A DNA stretch of 64,000 bases, from NCBI GenBank assembly GCA_964583625.1, contig CAZOVA010000003.1, positions 5,038 to 69,037 on the forward strand, written 5' to 3'. The stretch comes from an uncultured Pseudomonadales bacterium. Lineage in GTDB: Bacteria; Patescibacteriota; Microgenomatia; UBA1400; PJMF01. Within the stretch, counting starts at the first letter, position 1. Each line of letters opens with the position of its first letter. Under the pieces are notes generated by a model. It did no database searches and was not told where the DNA came from. It was given only the letters and a program-made list of their open reading frames with translations. A program made the translations under genes and the position numbers. This document shows, one piece after another, positions 37,332 to 46,652 of the stretch.

Positions 37332-37358
37332 AGCCCTCAAAACAAAATGTTTTGAGGG
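37332..37358. terminator. Bidirectional hairpin terminator between convergent recQ and the minus-strand gene
   Basis: GCCCTCAAAAC-AAAAT-GTTTTGAGGGC. Confidence 0.5.
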
Positions 37359-37377
37359 CTAGCTCTCTTTGACTACT

Positions 37378-37740
37378 TTAGGACGTCCCATTCTTGTGTT
37401 CAATGATCACATCCATGGCGATCAATTGTTCTCCTTCATGAGAGAAAATCAGTTTGACCTGTTTCTGTTCCTGGTTCCATGGGGAAATGAAAATTAGCGT
37501 CTGTCTGTCTTGAGGGTGCTGGAGAAAGTCTTTGATTTTTTGGATATCGACATTGGCAGCCACACTATTACAACCGAAGTTAATTACCTGATGTTTTTTC
37601 TGAATGCGCAAATTAACTTCTTCCGGGAAGGAATAGTAGCGATAGTGAAAGAAGAGGGGATTTTCATCTGGTCCAGCTAAGAAAGCAAGAATTTGGCTTT
37701 GTTGCCAAGTGGTTCGACCATAATGATATAGCATTTTCAA
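37378..37740 (-). CDS. Small protein with weak L,D-transpeptidase (YkuD)-like motif; uncertain
   Basis: HYGRT ... NFGCNSVAANVDI resembles the HGT...SHGCIRLxNxDI core but lacks the second His and a signal peptide. Confidence 0.35.
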   Translation of the reverse strand: MKMLYHYGRTTWQQSQILAFLAGPDENPLFFHYRYYSFPEEVNLRIQKKHQVINFGCNSVAANVDIQKIKDFLQHPQDRQTLIFISPWNQEQKQVKLIFSHEGEQLIAMDVIIEHKNGTS

Positions 37741-37985
37741 TACCTCCTTTACCTTGAGTTGAAGACTTTAGGACACGATCTATAGCCATTAAGAAGCAGG
37801 GAGTCTGTATCAGAGTTGTGAGAGAGCTGGCGATAAAAATCTTAATTATTTGAAGTAAATAAAAAGGGAAAAGGACAAGCGATTTTGTCCCCTTCAAACT
37901 TTAAGATTTCTACCAGCTCCTATTATATCATTAACGATCAGTAAATATTAACTCAATTAACCATGAAAAAAATTTTCAAACATCA

Positions 37986-38236
37986 AAAGCGATTTCTTAC
38001 TTGAGTAAGCTGGATTCTGTTTTTAAGACAACAATCTATCTAATGCTTGCGACACTATGACCGTTATAGGCAAGAGGTCCATTGAGGTCAAATTCGGCAA
38101 TTGCAACATCCAGGGATAACCGCGTTTCACTCTAATTTAATAGACTCGTCTCTGTGGCTCTAACCTGAATTCTCTTGAGTTGTCCAGACTTTCCTCCCCA
38201 AAAAATTTTGAGGCTGTTGTCCCCTAGTAAAAAATC
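37986..38236 (-). ncRNA. rnpB: Candidate reduced RNase P RNA
   Basis: Minus strand reads GAGGAAAGTCTGGAC (CR-I/P4 5' strand) and ACAGAATCCAGCTTA (CR-IV/P4 3' strand) with CUGG/CCAG covariation relative to E. coli CCGG/CCGG; P1-like pairing of AAGTCGATTTTTTAC with GTAAGAAATCGCTT; own TTGATC-N17-TATAAT promoter ending about 7 nt before the P1 5' strand; lies in a 600-nt ORF-poor gap. Confidence 0.5.
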
Positions 38237-38349
38237 GACTTATTATAACAAAATTTTCCTAAAAGATCAAGCTTTTTCCTTTATTAGGAGTTAATTAAAT
38301 CTCTTAAAGTTTTTTCTGTTATAATAGAAAAAATAATAATAGAAAGTTC

Positions 38350-38904
38350 TTGATGTTTAATTTTTCAAATTTTACTACTGACGCGAAAAAAATTTTTACT
38401 CATCTCAAAAATGAGCTTGCTTCCCTCAGAACTGGGGCAGCTAGTCCTCAACTTTTGGACAATGTTAAGGTCGAAGCTTATGGCACCACGATGAAAGTTA
38501 CTGAGGTGGCTGCTATTAATGTCGCTGACCCCACGCTTTTAGTGGTCTCCCCTTGGGATCTCACCTTAATTGGAGCTTTGGAAAAAGGCATTCAGCAAGC
38601 CAATCTTAATCTTAACCCTATAGTTGACGGGAAAATAATTCGGATCGCTATTACTCCTCTCACTCAAGAAACTCGTCAAGAATTAGTAAAAACTCTCAAT
38701 CGACAAATAGAAGAGGGTAAAGTAATGTTGCGAAATTTAAGAAGCGAAACCAAAAGAGAAATTGAAAAACAAGCAGGCCAGCCTGGTATCTCTGAGGACA
38801 ATATTGAGGCGGACTTAAAAAAGCTGGAAGAAGAGATTAAGAATTTCACTGCACAGCTTGATGACTTAGCGGCCGCTAAAGAAGCTCAACTACTCAAAGT
38901 TTAA
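38350..38904 (+). CDS. frr: Ribosome recycling factor
   Basis: Full-length Frr similarity; TTG at 38350 followed by ATG at 38353; TGTTATAAT promoter at about 38308-38316. Confidence 0.9.
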   Translation: MMFNFSNFTTDAKKIFTHLKNELASLRTGAASPQLLDNVKVEAYGTTMKVTEVAAINVADPTLLVVSPWDLTLIGALEKGIQQANLNLNPIVDGKIIRIAITPLTQETRQELVKTLNRQIEEGKVMLRNLRSETKREIEKQAGQPGISEDNIEADLKKLEEEIKNFTAQLDDLAAAKEAQLLKV

Positions 38905-38905
38905 A

Positions 38906-40051
38906 ATGATCACCATTATAATCTTTTTACTAATCCTTTCTTTTGTCGTTATTATTCACGAATTAGGTCATTTTTATTGGGCCAAAAAATTCGGTGTTAA
39001 GGTGAATGAGTTTGGCTTGGGTTTTCCTCCTCGTTTATGTCAATTATTTGTTTGGCAAGAAACTCCCTTTACTCTAAACTTAATTCCTTTAGGAGGTTTT
39101 GTCTCTTTAGAGGGAGAGACAGAAACTCAGGAAAATCTAGACCTGCAAACTCCCAACAATCAAACAAAACCCACCTTTCGTTTCAACCAGAAAAAACCCA
39201 AAGAAAAATTCTTTATTATTTTAGCTGGTCCTTTGGCAAATTTTCTCTTAGGAGCCCTAGCTTTTATTTTTCTTTTTAGCTTTGAAGGTGTCCCTATGAT
39301 AGAGAAGGATCGGATCTTCATTGATGGAGTCGCACCAAATTCACCAGCAGCCATTGCTGGAGTAGTCGCTAGAACTCAAGTATTGACTTTAGGCCTTTCC
39401 GAAGAAGCACTGATCCCAATTTATAATAGTCAAACCTTAATTGATTTTGTGGAACAAAATCAAGGAAAAACGGTTTTTTTACGCACCAGCGGTTTGTGTG
39501 ATGATTTTGGTCAGTGTCAAGAGAGCGTTTTTACATATCAACTCCCTTTGAGAACAAAAGAGCAAACACCAGCGGGAGAGGGGATTTTAGGGGTGGCTTT
39601 AACTGACACCAGTCTAACTTTCTACCCCTGGTACAAACATTTACCTTTGAGCATTTACCACGGATTTAAACAGTCAATCTGGTCAGCTAAACAGTTATTA
39701 TTGGGCTTAGGTCAAGGATTAGCTAATTTATTCTCTGGCCAAAAAAGTAACTTAGTTTTAATGGGTCCAGTTGGCATCGTTGATCAATTACACAAAACCA
39801 GGACTTTCTCTCAAGGATTTTCAGCGGTTCTTTACTTTATCGGTATTTTATCGATCAATTTAGGAATTATCAATCTCTTGCCTCTGCCAGCCCTTGATGG
39901 CGGTCGATTAGTTCTGATTATTTTAGAGAAATTTTTTGGGCAGAAAAAAATCAGCAGGTTTGAAAACCAGCTAAATTATTTTGGTTTTTTCTTTCTCATT
40001 TTTCTCACAATTTTAATCACTGGTCAAGATATTTGGCGTTTATTACACTAA
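38906..40051 (+). CDS. rseP: RIP metalloprotease RseP (site-2 protease, M50 family)
   Basis: HELGH zinc motif in the first TM, PDZ-like region, C-terminal LDGG motif. Confidence 0.85.
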   Translation: MITIIIFLLILSFVVIIHELGHFYWAKKFGVKVNEFGLGFPPRLCQLFVWQETPFTLNLIPLGGFVSLEGETETQENLDLQTPNNQTKPTFRFNQKKPKEKFFIILAGPLANFLLGALAFIFLFSFEGVPMIEKDRIFIDGVAPNSPAAIAGVVARTQVLTLGLSEEALIPIYNSQTLIDFVEQNQGKTVFLRTSGLCDDFGQCQESVFTYQLPLRTKEQTPAGEGILGVALTDTSLTFYPWYKHLPLSIYHGFKQSIWSAKQLLLGLGQGLANLFSGQKSNLVLMGPVGIVDQLHKTRTFSQGFSAVLYFIGILSINLGIINLLPLPALDGGRLVLIILEKFFGQKKISRFENQLNYFGFFFLIFLTILITGQDIWRLLH

Positions 40052-40065
40052 AAGAAAGATGATTT

Positions 40066-40317
40066 ATGGGACAAAGATATAAACAACTAGGCAAGAAAAA
40101 AATCAAAAAAAATAAAAAAAAGCTAAAAAAAGAAATCCTGAGGCCTACGGCAGAGACGACTTTATCTATTGATGATATTAAGTCAAAGTCTAGCCTAGTA
40201 GCAAAACCAGAAACTGAAATCGATAATCATTTTCTTAAGCGAGAATTGCGACGAACTTTTTTTTCCACTATAATAATTCTGACTATTTTACTAATTATTT
40301 TTTTTATGATAAAATAA
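40066..40317 (+). CDS. Small Lys-rich protein with C-terminal TM helix
   Basis: 83 aa; KKKIKKNKKKLKK tract; hydrophobic C-terminus. Confidence 0.4.
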   Translation: MGQRYKQLGKKKIKKNKKKLKKEILRPTAETTLSIDDIKSKSSLVAKPETEIDNHFLKRELRRTFFSTIIILTILLIIFFMIK

Positions 40318-40336
40318 ACGGATAAAGGATGTTTTT

Positions 40337-41656
40337 ATGTTGGAAAAAATCGATTTAAATGCCAATAATCAGATTGATGACTCTCAAGCAGAGAGATTAA
40401 TTCCTCGACAACCGAATTGGCGATCACAAAGTAGAAATTTGGAAAGCTCTGACATGTCTAGTAAAAAAAATGGTTTTGCCTATCTCATTCCTGTTTTAGC
40501 TTTTATTTTAGCCTTCACTTTGGGTAATTTTGTATTTTCTCAGGGTAAAAAGACCTCAACTCCGCCAGTTGAGACAGAGGCTCCAACTCAGGAAGAGGAA
40601 GACTCTTTATTGCAAATAGACGCTTCTTTACCGAAAGATCAGGCCTGTCCTCTAAACGGACAACTCTATACTCAACCAGAAAAAGACGCCTGGTCGCAAA
40701 AAAGGCCGTTGGCCGTGATGATTGAAAATACTCCAGACGCTAGACCACAATCGGGACTTTCTAATGCAGACATTGTCTTTGAAGTCGTCGCCGAAGGAGG
40801 AATCACTCGTTTTATGCCTATCTTTTATTGTGATGTACAAAAAAAAGATGTAACTTTGGCTCCAGTTCGTTCGGCTAGAACTTATTTTATCAACTTAGCT
40901 TCTGGTTTTAACTATCCGATGTATGCTCATGTCGGTGGCGCTAATTTTGACGCTACACCAGCAACTCACTCCCTCAATCAATTATCACAATACGGCTGGG
41001 TGGGTAATAATGACATCAATCAGTTTAGTGTTGGTTATCCCACTTTTGTTCGTGACTATAATCGTATACCAGGAAAAGAGGTGGCCACTGAGCATACTAT
41101 GACCACGAGTACTCAAAAACTTTGGGCGGTAGCTGCAAAAAGAGGTTGGACCAATATGTCTCCTGACTTAAGAATTGGTAAAAAAACTTTAGCGGCTGCT
41201 GATTGGCAAGAGGGTTATAAAGGTTGGCAGTTTATTGATGGTCAAAGTAAAGCTCAAACACAAACTGTTCATTATGAATTTTGGAGCGGTTTCAAAGATT
41301 ATGAGGCTACCTGGAGCTATAATGCCGACAGCAATCTTTATACTCGTGCTTCGGGTGGAGTTGCTCAAACAGATCTTAATAATGGTCAACCCTTACAGTT
41401 TGCCAATGTTATTGTTATGTTTACCAAAGAAACTGGTCCTCTCAATGAGGTTAAACATATGATGTATGACGTCATTGGACAAGGAAAAGGGTTGCTTTTT
41501 AGCAATGGTGAAGCTCAAAACATCACTTGGAGTAAAAAAACTAGAGAAAGTGAATTGGAATTTACAGACAGCAAAGGTAAAAGTTTAGAACTGAATCGGG
41601 GTAAAATTTGGGTCTCGGTTCTATCAGATAGAAACGTCAATAAAGTCAGTTATTAG
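40337..41656 (+). CDS. DUF3048 (YerB-like) domain protein, membrane-anchored
   Basis: PLAVMIENTPDARPQSGLSNADIVFEVVAEGGITRF matches the DUF3048 core; N-terminal TM anchor. Confidence 0.65.
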   Translation: MLEKIDLNANNQIDDSQAERLIPRQPNWRSQSRNLESSDMSSKKNGFAYLIPVLAFILAFTLGNFVFSQGKKTSTPPVETEAPTQEEEDSLLQIDASLPKDQACPLNGQLYTQPEKDAWSQKRPLAVMIENTPDARPQSGLSNADIVFEVVAEGGITRFMPIFYCDVQKKDVTLAPVRSARTYFINLASGFNYPMYAHVGGANFDATPATHSLNQLSQYGWVGNNDINQFSVGYPTFVRDYNRIPGKEVATEHTMTTSTQKLWAVAAKRGWTNMSPDLRIGKKTLAAADWQEGYKGWQFIDGQSKAQTQTVHYEFWSGFKDYEATWSYNADSNLYTRASGGVAQTDLNNGQPLQFANVIVMFTKETGPLNEVKHMMYDVIGQGKGLLFSNGEAQNITWSKKTRESELEFTDSKGKSLELNRGKIWVSVLSDRNVNKVSY

Positions 41657-41662
41657 GAGACT

Positions 41663-42256
41663 ATGGCAAAATTGCAAGATATTATTACTAGTCGAGTAAG
41701 AGTTAAACTCCTAGCCCTTTTTTACAATGAACCAGAGCAGATATTTTATATTCGTGAAGCCACTCGCAAGGTTGGAGAAGAAATTAATGCCGTCAGACGA
41801 GAACTAATTAAACTAACTGAAAATGGAATTCTTTTCTGCGAGGCTCGTGGTAACCGTCAATATTATGGAGTTAATAAAAGTTATCTCTTCTTTCCTGAGT
41901 TGCAACAAATGATTTTTAAAGAAACAGGCTTAGGTAAAAAAATTCGCCGCTTACGTAGAAAACTTGGTAAAATTGATTATGTAGTTTTCACGACCGACTT
42001 TTTCAATCGTCGAGAAAAAAGTGAAAATTTAGATATTCTTATTATTGGTGAAGTAGTCGTTCCTGAATTAGAGTTACTCTTGAAAGAAGAAGAAAAGATC
42101 TTGGGAAGAGAGATAAACTTTACTATTTTTGATTTAAATGAATTTAAGTTTCGCAAACAAAGACGAGATCCTTTTATCATGGATATTCTTTATGGCAAGC
42201 GACTAGTGATTATTGGTGATGAAGAAGAATTCGTGCAAAAAGGTCAATTTAGTTAG
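41663..42256 (+). CDS. Winged-helix domain protein, unknown function
   Basis: N-terminal wHTH-like segment (REATRKVGEEINAVRRELIKLTENGIL); immediately upstream of prfB. Confidence 0.45.
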   Translation: MAKLQDIITSRVRVKLLALFYNEPEQIFYIREATRKVGEEINAVRRELIKLTENGILFCEARGNRQYYGVNKSYLFFPELQQMIFKETGLGKKIRRLRRKLGKIDYVVFTTDFFNRREKSENLDILIIGEVVVPELELLLKEEEKILGREINFTIFDLNEFKFRKQRRDPFIMDILYGKRLVIIGDEEEFVQKGQFS

Positions 42257-42259
42257 CAT

Positions 42260-43357
42260 ATGAGCTTAGATGAGACAGCTTTGGTTAATTTGCAGAGTCA
42301 AGCGCACCATCTTTTAAACCGTTTTTCCAAAGAAAATCTACAGGCAGAAATCGAACAATTACAAACAGAAAGTTTGGCTAGCGATTTTTGGCAAAAAACA
42401 GACGCCCAAGAGAAAATGCAACTTTTAGGGCAAAAGCAAAGTCAGTATCAGCAAGTGACGACATTAGAATCTTCCTTGGAAGATTTAGAAACAGTTTGGT
42501 TTTTATACCAAACTGAAGGAGAAACAGAGGAATATTTATCAGCTATAAATAAGTCTTTTGCTACTCTCGCAACTCTGGTCAAAGAGATGAGTCTGCAACA
42601 ATATTTGCAAGGCAAATATGATAATTGTGGGGTAATTTTTAGCCTTCATGCGGGTCAAGGAGGGACGGAAGCGATGGATTGGACGCAAATGCTCATTCGT
42701 TTGTATTTGCGCTATTTTGAAAGAAAAAAATTTAAATTTAAATTGATTCATGAATCAAGAGGTGAGGAGGCGGGGATTAAAACTATCAGTTATGAGGTTA
42801 GCGGTGATTATGCTTATGGTTTGCTCAAACATGAGGCTGGCACTCACCGCCTAGTTCGTCTTTCTCCTTTTAATGCTGATAATTTACGACAAACTTCTTT
42901 CTCTTTGGTTGATGTTTTGCCCTTGATTCCTGAAAGCGATCAGGCAATAAAAATTGCTGACAGCGAACTGTCTTGGCACTTTACTCGTTCTGGTGGAGCT
43001 GGCGGGCAAAATGTTAATAAGGTGAACACTGCTGTTGAATTAACTTATTTACCTCAAGGTTGGGTAATTCGTTGTCGTGAAGAGCGATCTCAAGAGCAAA
43101 ACAAACAGAGAGCTTTGCAAATACTAAGAGCTAAATTAGCTGTCGCGCAAGAAGAAGAAAGGAAGGCTCAGCTAGCGAGCGAAAAAGGGGAGCGAAACAC
43201 TCAAGCTAGCTGGGGGACACAAATTCGCAACTATGTTCTTCATCCTTATCAATTAGTCAAAGACACTCGGACTGGTTACGAGACCAATCAGACAACAGCC
43301 GTACTTGATGGAGAAATTGATGGTTTTATTGAGGCAGCTCTTACTCAGCTAACATGA
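42260..43357 (+). CDS. prfB: Peptide chain release factor 2 (single intact ORF, no programmed frameshift)
   Basis: GGQ motif (SGGAGGQNVNKV) and SPF tripeptide (RLSPFNA) specific to RF2. Confidence 0.9.
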   Translation: MSLDETALVNLQSQAHHLLNRFSKENLQAEIEQLQTESLASDFWQKTDAQEKMQLLGQKQSQYQQVTTLESSLEDLETVWFLYQTEGETEEYLSAINKSFATLATLVKEMSLQQYLQGKYDNCGVIFSLHAGQGGTEAMDWTQMLIRLYLRYFERKKFKFKLIHESRGEEAGIKTISYEVSGDYAYGLLKHEAGTHRLVRLSPFNADNLRQTSFSLVDVLPLIPESDQAIKIADSELSWHFTRSGGAGGQNVNKVNTAVELTYLPQGWVIRCREERSQEQNKQRALQILRAKLAVAQEEERKAQLASEKGERNTQASWGTQIRNYVLHPYQLVKDTRTGYETNQTTAVLDGEIDGFIEAALTQLT

Positions 43358-43373
43358 TATAATCTTTATTAGT

Positions 43374-44696
43374 ATGGCAAACTCTCCCCTTGGTACTTTT
43401 CTCCCCCTGACAGCGCTCAAAGATTTTTCTGCCTATTTAGATTTTCTAGCTTGGTTACAAAAAAATAATCAATCGGTTTGGCTGATGTTGCCCATCTCTG
43501 CGCCCGTGACTATGCCCTATCGCGGTGATGGTATCGGTTATGATGATTATTTTCTTTCAGCTTCTTTGCCAAAAAAATCTCAAACTTATTTATTCAAGCG
43601 TGAAGACTTTATCTCTCAGAACAAATTTTGGCTGGAAGACTTTGCCGTTCATCAAGCCCTAAGTGAACATTTTGGCACAAAAGAATGGTGGACTTGGCCG
43701 GCAGGAATAAAAGAGCATCAACGACAGGCATTGCTAGATTGGAAAAAAAAACTCTCTTCAAGAATTGATTTTTTTATAGATAGACAATATTTTTTAGCTA
43801 ATCAATTTGCTCTTTTGCATCAGGAGGCAAGAAAAAGAGAAATCACCCTTATGGGAGACTTGCCTTTCTATCTGAGTCAGGAAAGTTCTTTAGTTTGGGC
43901 GCACCAAAAATATTTTCTCTTACGCCGTCACGGAGAGCTGGAAATCCAAAGTGGCGTTCCAGCTTTAAAAGATGAACCCTTTGCCGCTCAGTTTTGGGGA
44001 CATCCTCTCTATAATTGGCAAGAAGCGGGTACAGAAAAGATTATGCAACTTTTTACTTGGCGTTTAAGCTTTTTAGCCCAATTTTTTGATACGGTGAGAA
44101 TCGATCACGCCAATGGCTTTTTTCGCTATGGGATTATGTATCCACAAAATCCTAAATGGTCTAAAAAAGTTGCTGGTCCAGGAAAAAAGGCCCTCAATAT
44201 TTTACTCAATCATTGTCAAACTCTTGACTTGGGAGTTTTTTTTGAAAATATTGGTAGTCAAACTATGAGACTGGAGCAATATATGAAAGAAAAAAAAGTC
44301 ATTGGCATGTCAGTTTTAACTTTGGCCTATAATTTGGATGCCACTTTAACTGGCAATCAGGTACCGACACCCAAGTGCAAGCAATTAGCTCTTGATCAAT
44401 ACAAAGGCAAACAAGTGATTTTTACTTCAACTCATGACACAATGCCTCTGCTCACCTGGTTGAAAATGCTCCCCGCTAAAATAAAAACTAAATTTTTGCT
44501 CACCAATAATTTGTCACCAGATTTAAGTGATGAACAATTATTAAAGAAAATTTTACATAGTCTAGCTAGCAATCAAAGCTCTCTTTTAATTGTTCCCTGG
44601 CAAGACTGGCAAGGAGAAACTTTTCGTTTTAATGTCCCAGGGCGAGAGGATTTAAATAATTGGACTTATCGAGTACCTATCGAAAAATTTCTTTAA
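43374..44696 (+). CDS. malQ: 4-alpha-glucanotransferase (amylomaltase, GH77)
   Basis: GH77 motifs: YRGDGIGYDDY, GDLPFYLSQESSLVW, WGHPLYNW, RIDHANGFFRY. Confidence 0.8.
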   Translation: MANSPLGTFLPLTALKDFSAYLDFLAWLQKNNQSVWLMLPISAPVTMPYRGDGIGYDDYFLSASLPKKSQTYLFKREDFISQNKFWLEDFAVHQALSEHFGTKEWWTWPAGIKEHQRQALLDWKKKLSSRIDFFIDRQYFLANQFALLHQEARKREITLMGDLPFYLSQESSLVWAHQKYFLLRRHGELEIQSGVPALKDEPFAAQFWGHPLYNWQEAGTEKIMQLFTWRLSFLAQFFDTVRIDHANGFFRYGIMYPQNPKWSKKVAGPGKKALNILLNHCQTLDLGVFFENIGSQTMRLEQYMKEKKVIGMSVLTLAYNLDATLTGNQVPTPKCKQLALDQYKGKQVIFTSTHDTMPLLTWLKMLPAKIKTKFLLTNNLSPDLSDEQLLKKILHSLASNQSSLLIVPWQDWQGETFRFNVPGREDLNNWTYRVPIEKFL

Positions 44697-44732
44697 AAAT
44701 TTCTCAATTTAAATTACCAATCGCCTATATGT

Positions 44733-44738
44733 TATAAT
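44733..44738 (+). promoter_or_regulatory. -10 box (CCTATATGTTATAAT, TRTG-extended) for tRNA-Gly
   Basis: Same CCTATATGTTATAAT module as other strong promoters; about 25 nt upstream of the tRNA 5' end. Confidence 0.45.
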
Positions 44739-44763
44739 CAAGAGCGGTCAGTTCTTTAGCAAA

Positions 44764-44837
44764 GCGGAATTGGCGTATCGGTAGCGTATTTCCTTCCCAA
44801 GGAAAAGGGGCGGGTTCGACTCCCGTATTCCGCTCCA
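44764..44837 (+). tRNA. tRNA-Gly (anticodon CCC), CCA encoded
   Basis: Acceptor GCGGAAT/ATTCCGC, anticodon stem TTTCC/GGAAA with loop TTCCCAA (U33, CCC, A37), T arm GCGGG-TTCGACT-CCCGT, discriminator U then CCA; D stem has two G-U pairs. Confidence 0.7.
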
Positions 44838-44866
44838 CATTAAAAATTAATCATTAGAGAGATAAA

Positions 44867-45310
44867 ATGTCAGAAAACTTGATTGACAACCTGGCTTTAG
44901 AAGCTAGCGGTAGCGAAATGACTGAAGGAGTTAGTTTTTTACCATTCCTTCAAAATGAAAAAGTGGCGCTTTTTATTTTTACCTTGCTTGTATTGGCTGT
45001 TTTTGTTCTTAAAGCTTTTGCTTTATGGCAAGCAGCGAGAAAAAAACACACTTTTTGGTTTATTGCTATTTTTGTGCTAAACACTTTTGGTCTTTTGGAG
45101 TTAAGCTATATTTTTGTTTTGTCAAAACTTGATTGGCATAAGATACTTGAACAATTTGGAGTGAAAGTGAAAAAACAAGCCCTTGTCAAGCCAGTGAGTT
45201 TAGTCAAGGAAAATAAGACCAAAGTGGAAGATGTCAAAAAGTCTTCTCCTCAGAAGAAAAAAACTCTCAAACCAGCGAAGAAAAAAGTAAGCAAAGTAAA
45301 AAAGAAATAG
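44867..45310 (+). CDS. Hypothetical membrane protein with Lys-rich C-terminal tail
   Basis: Two TM helices then a KKKTLKPAKKKVSKVKKK tail. Confidence 0.45.
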   Translation: MSENLIDNLALEASGSEMTEGVSFLPFLQNEKVALFIFTLLVLAVFVLKAFALWQAARKKHTFWFIAIFVLNTFGLLELSYIFVLSKLDWHKILEQFGVKVKKQALVKPVSLVKENKTKVEDVKKSSPQKKKTLKPAKKKVSKVKKK

Positions 45311-45315
45311 CTTTT

Positions 45316-46179
45316 ATGCGAGTAAAGTTGGCGGCCGTTAGCGGTTTCTGCGGTGACGAAGGAAAGTTTGGCGTTTCTGGAGCTATTCGTTTGGCTTTGG
45401 AAGCAGCTTTGTCTGAGCCAGGTAATGTTTATTTAATTGGTGAATTGGTGCACAATCATCACGTCAGTCAGTGGCTCAAAGAGAGCTATCAAATAAAAAT
45501 TGTTAAGTCTCTAGCTCAAGTTCCTGAGGACGCCATTGTGGTTGTCAAAGCACATGGTGCTCCGCCAAAGTTCTTTGCTCAAGCGGAAAAAAAGAAAATT
45601 CGCCTAATTGACGCTACTTGTCCGATGGTCAAAGGAGCACAAGTATTAATTAAACAACTAGTCAAAGCTGGTAAGGAAGTTATTTATATTGCCTCTAGCA
45701 AAGATCATGATGAGGCGATTTCAGTCAGTCAGCAAGTAGAGAAGGGAGTAACGGTTATTACTTTGGATGAAATTGAAAAATTAGATTTAAAGCATCCAGA
45801 AAAAACAATTGTTTTAACCCAAACTACTTTATCAATTTTGGAAACTGAAGAAAAATTTGCTTTTTTGCAAAAAAAATACCCACAATTAACCATTCGGCCT
45901 CATTTATGTCAAGCTACCACTGCTAGACAACAAGCAGTTCTTGATTTAGCTCAAGAGGTAGATGTGTTGATTGTCGTTGGCGCGCCTCATAGTAGTAATT
46001 CTCAGCGATTAAAAGAAGTAGCTAGTAGTACCGGCAAAAAAGCTTTTGCTGTTAATCAAGCAGATGAAATTCAAACTGACTGGTTTGGACCAGAAATAGC
46101 CAGTGTGGGAGTCATCGCTGGAGCAAGTACTCCTCCCTGGATTACTGAAGAAGTAGTAGAAAAACTTCAATGTATTTAA
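45316..46179 (+). CDS. ispH: 4-hydroxy-3-methylbut-2-enyl diphosphate reductase
   Basis: GFCGDEG...HNHHV...ATCPMV motifs with three conserved Cys. Confidence 0.9.
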   Translation: MRVKLAAVSGFCGDEGKFGVSGAIRLALEAALSEPGNVYLIGELVHNHHVSQWLKESYQIKIVKSLAQVPEDAIVVVKAHGAPPKFFAQAEKKKIRLIDATCPMVKGAQVLIKQLVKAGKEVIYIASSKDHDEAISVSQQVEKGVTVITLDEIEKLDLKHPEKTIVLTQTTLSILETEEKFAFLQKKYPQLTIRPHLCQATTARQQAVLDLAQEVDVLIVVGAPHSSNSQRLKEVASSTGKKAFAVNQADEIQTDWFGPEIASVGVIAGASTPPWITEEVVEKLQCI

Positions 46180-46652
46180 TTGGCTTAGGGCAAGATTCTC
46201 ATCGTTTAAAAAAAAGTCACAAAGGTCAAACCTTAGCCCTAGCTGGGCTCAGTTTCGATTGTGGCTTAACTTTTGTGGCTAATTCTGATGGTGATGTGAT
46301 TTTACACTCTCTTTGCAATGCTTTATCTACCGCTCTCGGTGGTGGCTCTTTCTCACAGTTAGCCGACCCCTTGTGTGCTCAAGGAATAGTGAATTCCAAA
46401 ATTTATCTTGAAAAATTCCTTAAAAAAATGACTGAAAGTTCTTATCAAATTCAAAACTTAAGCCTTAGTCTTGAGGGTTCTAAACCAAAACTCGAAAAAT
46501 ATAATCAGGCTTTGAAAAATTCTTTAGCCAATCTTTGTCAAATTGACCCTTCTCGGGTTGGCTTAGCTTTTACCAGTGGCGAAGGTCTAAATGCTTATGG
46601 CTTGGGAGAAGGAATTGCTTGCACCACCATTGTTTTATTAAAACACTTATGA
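46170..46652 (+). CDS. ispF: 2-C-methyl-D-erythritol 2,4-cyclodiphosphate synthase
   Basis: IGLGQDSHRL N-terminal signature; overlaps ispH stop. Confidence 0.9.
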   Translation: MYLIGLGQDSHRLKKSHKGQTLALAGLSFDCGLTFVANSDGDVILHSLCNALSTALGGGSFSQLADPLCAQGIVNSKIYLEKFLKKMTESSYQIQNLSLSLEGSKPKLEKYNQALKNSLANLCQIDPSRVGLAFTSGEGLNAYGLGEGIACTTIVLLKHL

